Shown here piece after piece: positions 63,147-64,000 of a stretch of DNA of 64,000 nucleotides. The stretch's first letter is position 1. Every line of letters begins with the position of its first letter. The translations under genes were made by a program, and so were the position numbers. The stretch lies in NCBI RefSeq assembly GCF_964204645.1, contig NC_134026.1, positions 4,549,950 through 4,613,949 of the forward strand, given 5' to 3'. The DNA is from Tubulanus polymorphus (Eukaryota; Animalia; Nemertea). The notes below the pieces were generated by a model. It searched no databases and was not told where the DNA came from. It was given only the letters and a program-made list of their open reading frames with translations.

Positions 63147-64000
63147 CAGAGATGCTAGTTTTCCGGAAATATCCGGAATTCCGGAAATTTAGGATCGCCG
63201 ATGTCAATTCCGGAAATTGGGTGAGAATTCCTCGCGGCGACCAGTAATGGCACGGACCGTAAAAGCGTTCATTTGCTTGTACTCGTCGTCGCTTCTGTGT
63301 TATCTTATCTTGGTCTCTGTTTCCGAGGACATTCTGCTACAATGTATATATGTGTGCTTGTTGTGGTATCTGTGCGTGCGTAGGCGTAGCGCCACTGTTG
63401 TGACGCCATTTCCAATTAAAGTCAATTATCTTTACGCGCCGTTGTACATCGTCCCACTGACGGCCAACAATGTGAAGATGCACGTGGTACTAATTAAGAT
63501 GATATCTAATAAATATCATCTTAATTATTACCACGTGCGTGCTATGTCCTGAGGCACACAGCTTTGAAACTTTCTTTTTGCCTGCAGCTGTCAAGCGGGA
63601 CGGTCTGCAAAATGAGCCCGCACGGAAAGATTGTCAGTCGGGAGTCGGCCGATATAAAGGCAATTGACAGCGGTATAAAAAATAAATTTAACTGGCACTG
63701 GCTAGAGTGTAAGGACAGTAACGGGGACTACTTATCGAACTACATTCGTAAGTTAGACTTAGCTGGCGTGGTGTATTGCGTCGTTTGTAAAGACCAGGTC
63801 AAATACGGTAGTGGCTGGAAAAAAGATATTCTTCGTCACCCGGATAGCGCGCGGCATAAGCAGCGAGGGATGTGAAGCACAACCAATGCCTGCCGTCGTA
63901 TTTTCAGATACCCAGATCGCTCTAGAACGCATTTCCGGCGATGCAAAAAACGCAAAAAGACCCCGGTTCTGAATTCCGGAATTTTGGTACTTTGGCCCTA
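63147..64000 (+). mobile_element. Internally deleted hAT-superfamily-like DNA transposon
   Basis: Left TIR CAGAGATGCTAG, TTCCGGAA subterminal palindromes at both ends (63161-63215, 63974), and a transposase-like N-terminal ORF. The window ends in CTA, the first bases of the expected right TIR. Confidence 0.7.
63612..63875 (+). pseudogene. Truncated transposase N-terminus with zinc finger (CxxC...H...H)
   Basis: KNKFNWHWLE...YIRKLDLAGVVYCVVCKDQVKYGSG.KKDILRHPDSARHK then a stop. No catalytic domain is present before the right end. Confidence 0.65.

Overview
Eukaryotic, intron-rich and gene-dense animal DNA. It is AT-rich, and most introns are 60-500 nt GT-AG. A four-domain carboxypeptidase D points to a spiralian/lophotrochozoan invertebrate (inference). 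I reconstructed nine spliced genes by hand: PRKCSH (-, 3' end outside the window), GLDC (+), SRSF1-like (-), ATP6V0E (+), an SCP2-type peroxisomal thiolase with no SCP2 domain (+), TTLL7 (-), CPD (-), CHCHD2/10 (+) and KIF22 (-). Introns and UTRs carry many MITEs (CWG-target PIF/Harbinger-like, TTAA piggyBac-like, TA Tc1/pogo-like, hAT-like), a 4 x ~112 bp tandem array, a Penelope-like remnant with a minimal hammerhead motif, and a hAT deletion derivative at the right edge. The most unusual signals are RNA-level. (1) Intron 3 of SRSF1 holds a ~165-nt multibranched RNA ending in ACA, a hidden 64-nt mini-intron, a GGA-rich candidate poison exon and a 10-mer shown twice in hairpin loops. (2) TTLL7 has a tandemly duplicated candidate 3-nt microexon in which only one copy keeps the upstream UGC motif. 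(3) PRKCSH has a candidate in-frame polyQ cassette exon. All gene identities and structures were read by eye; no searches or folding programs were run.
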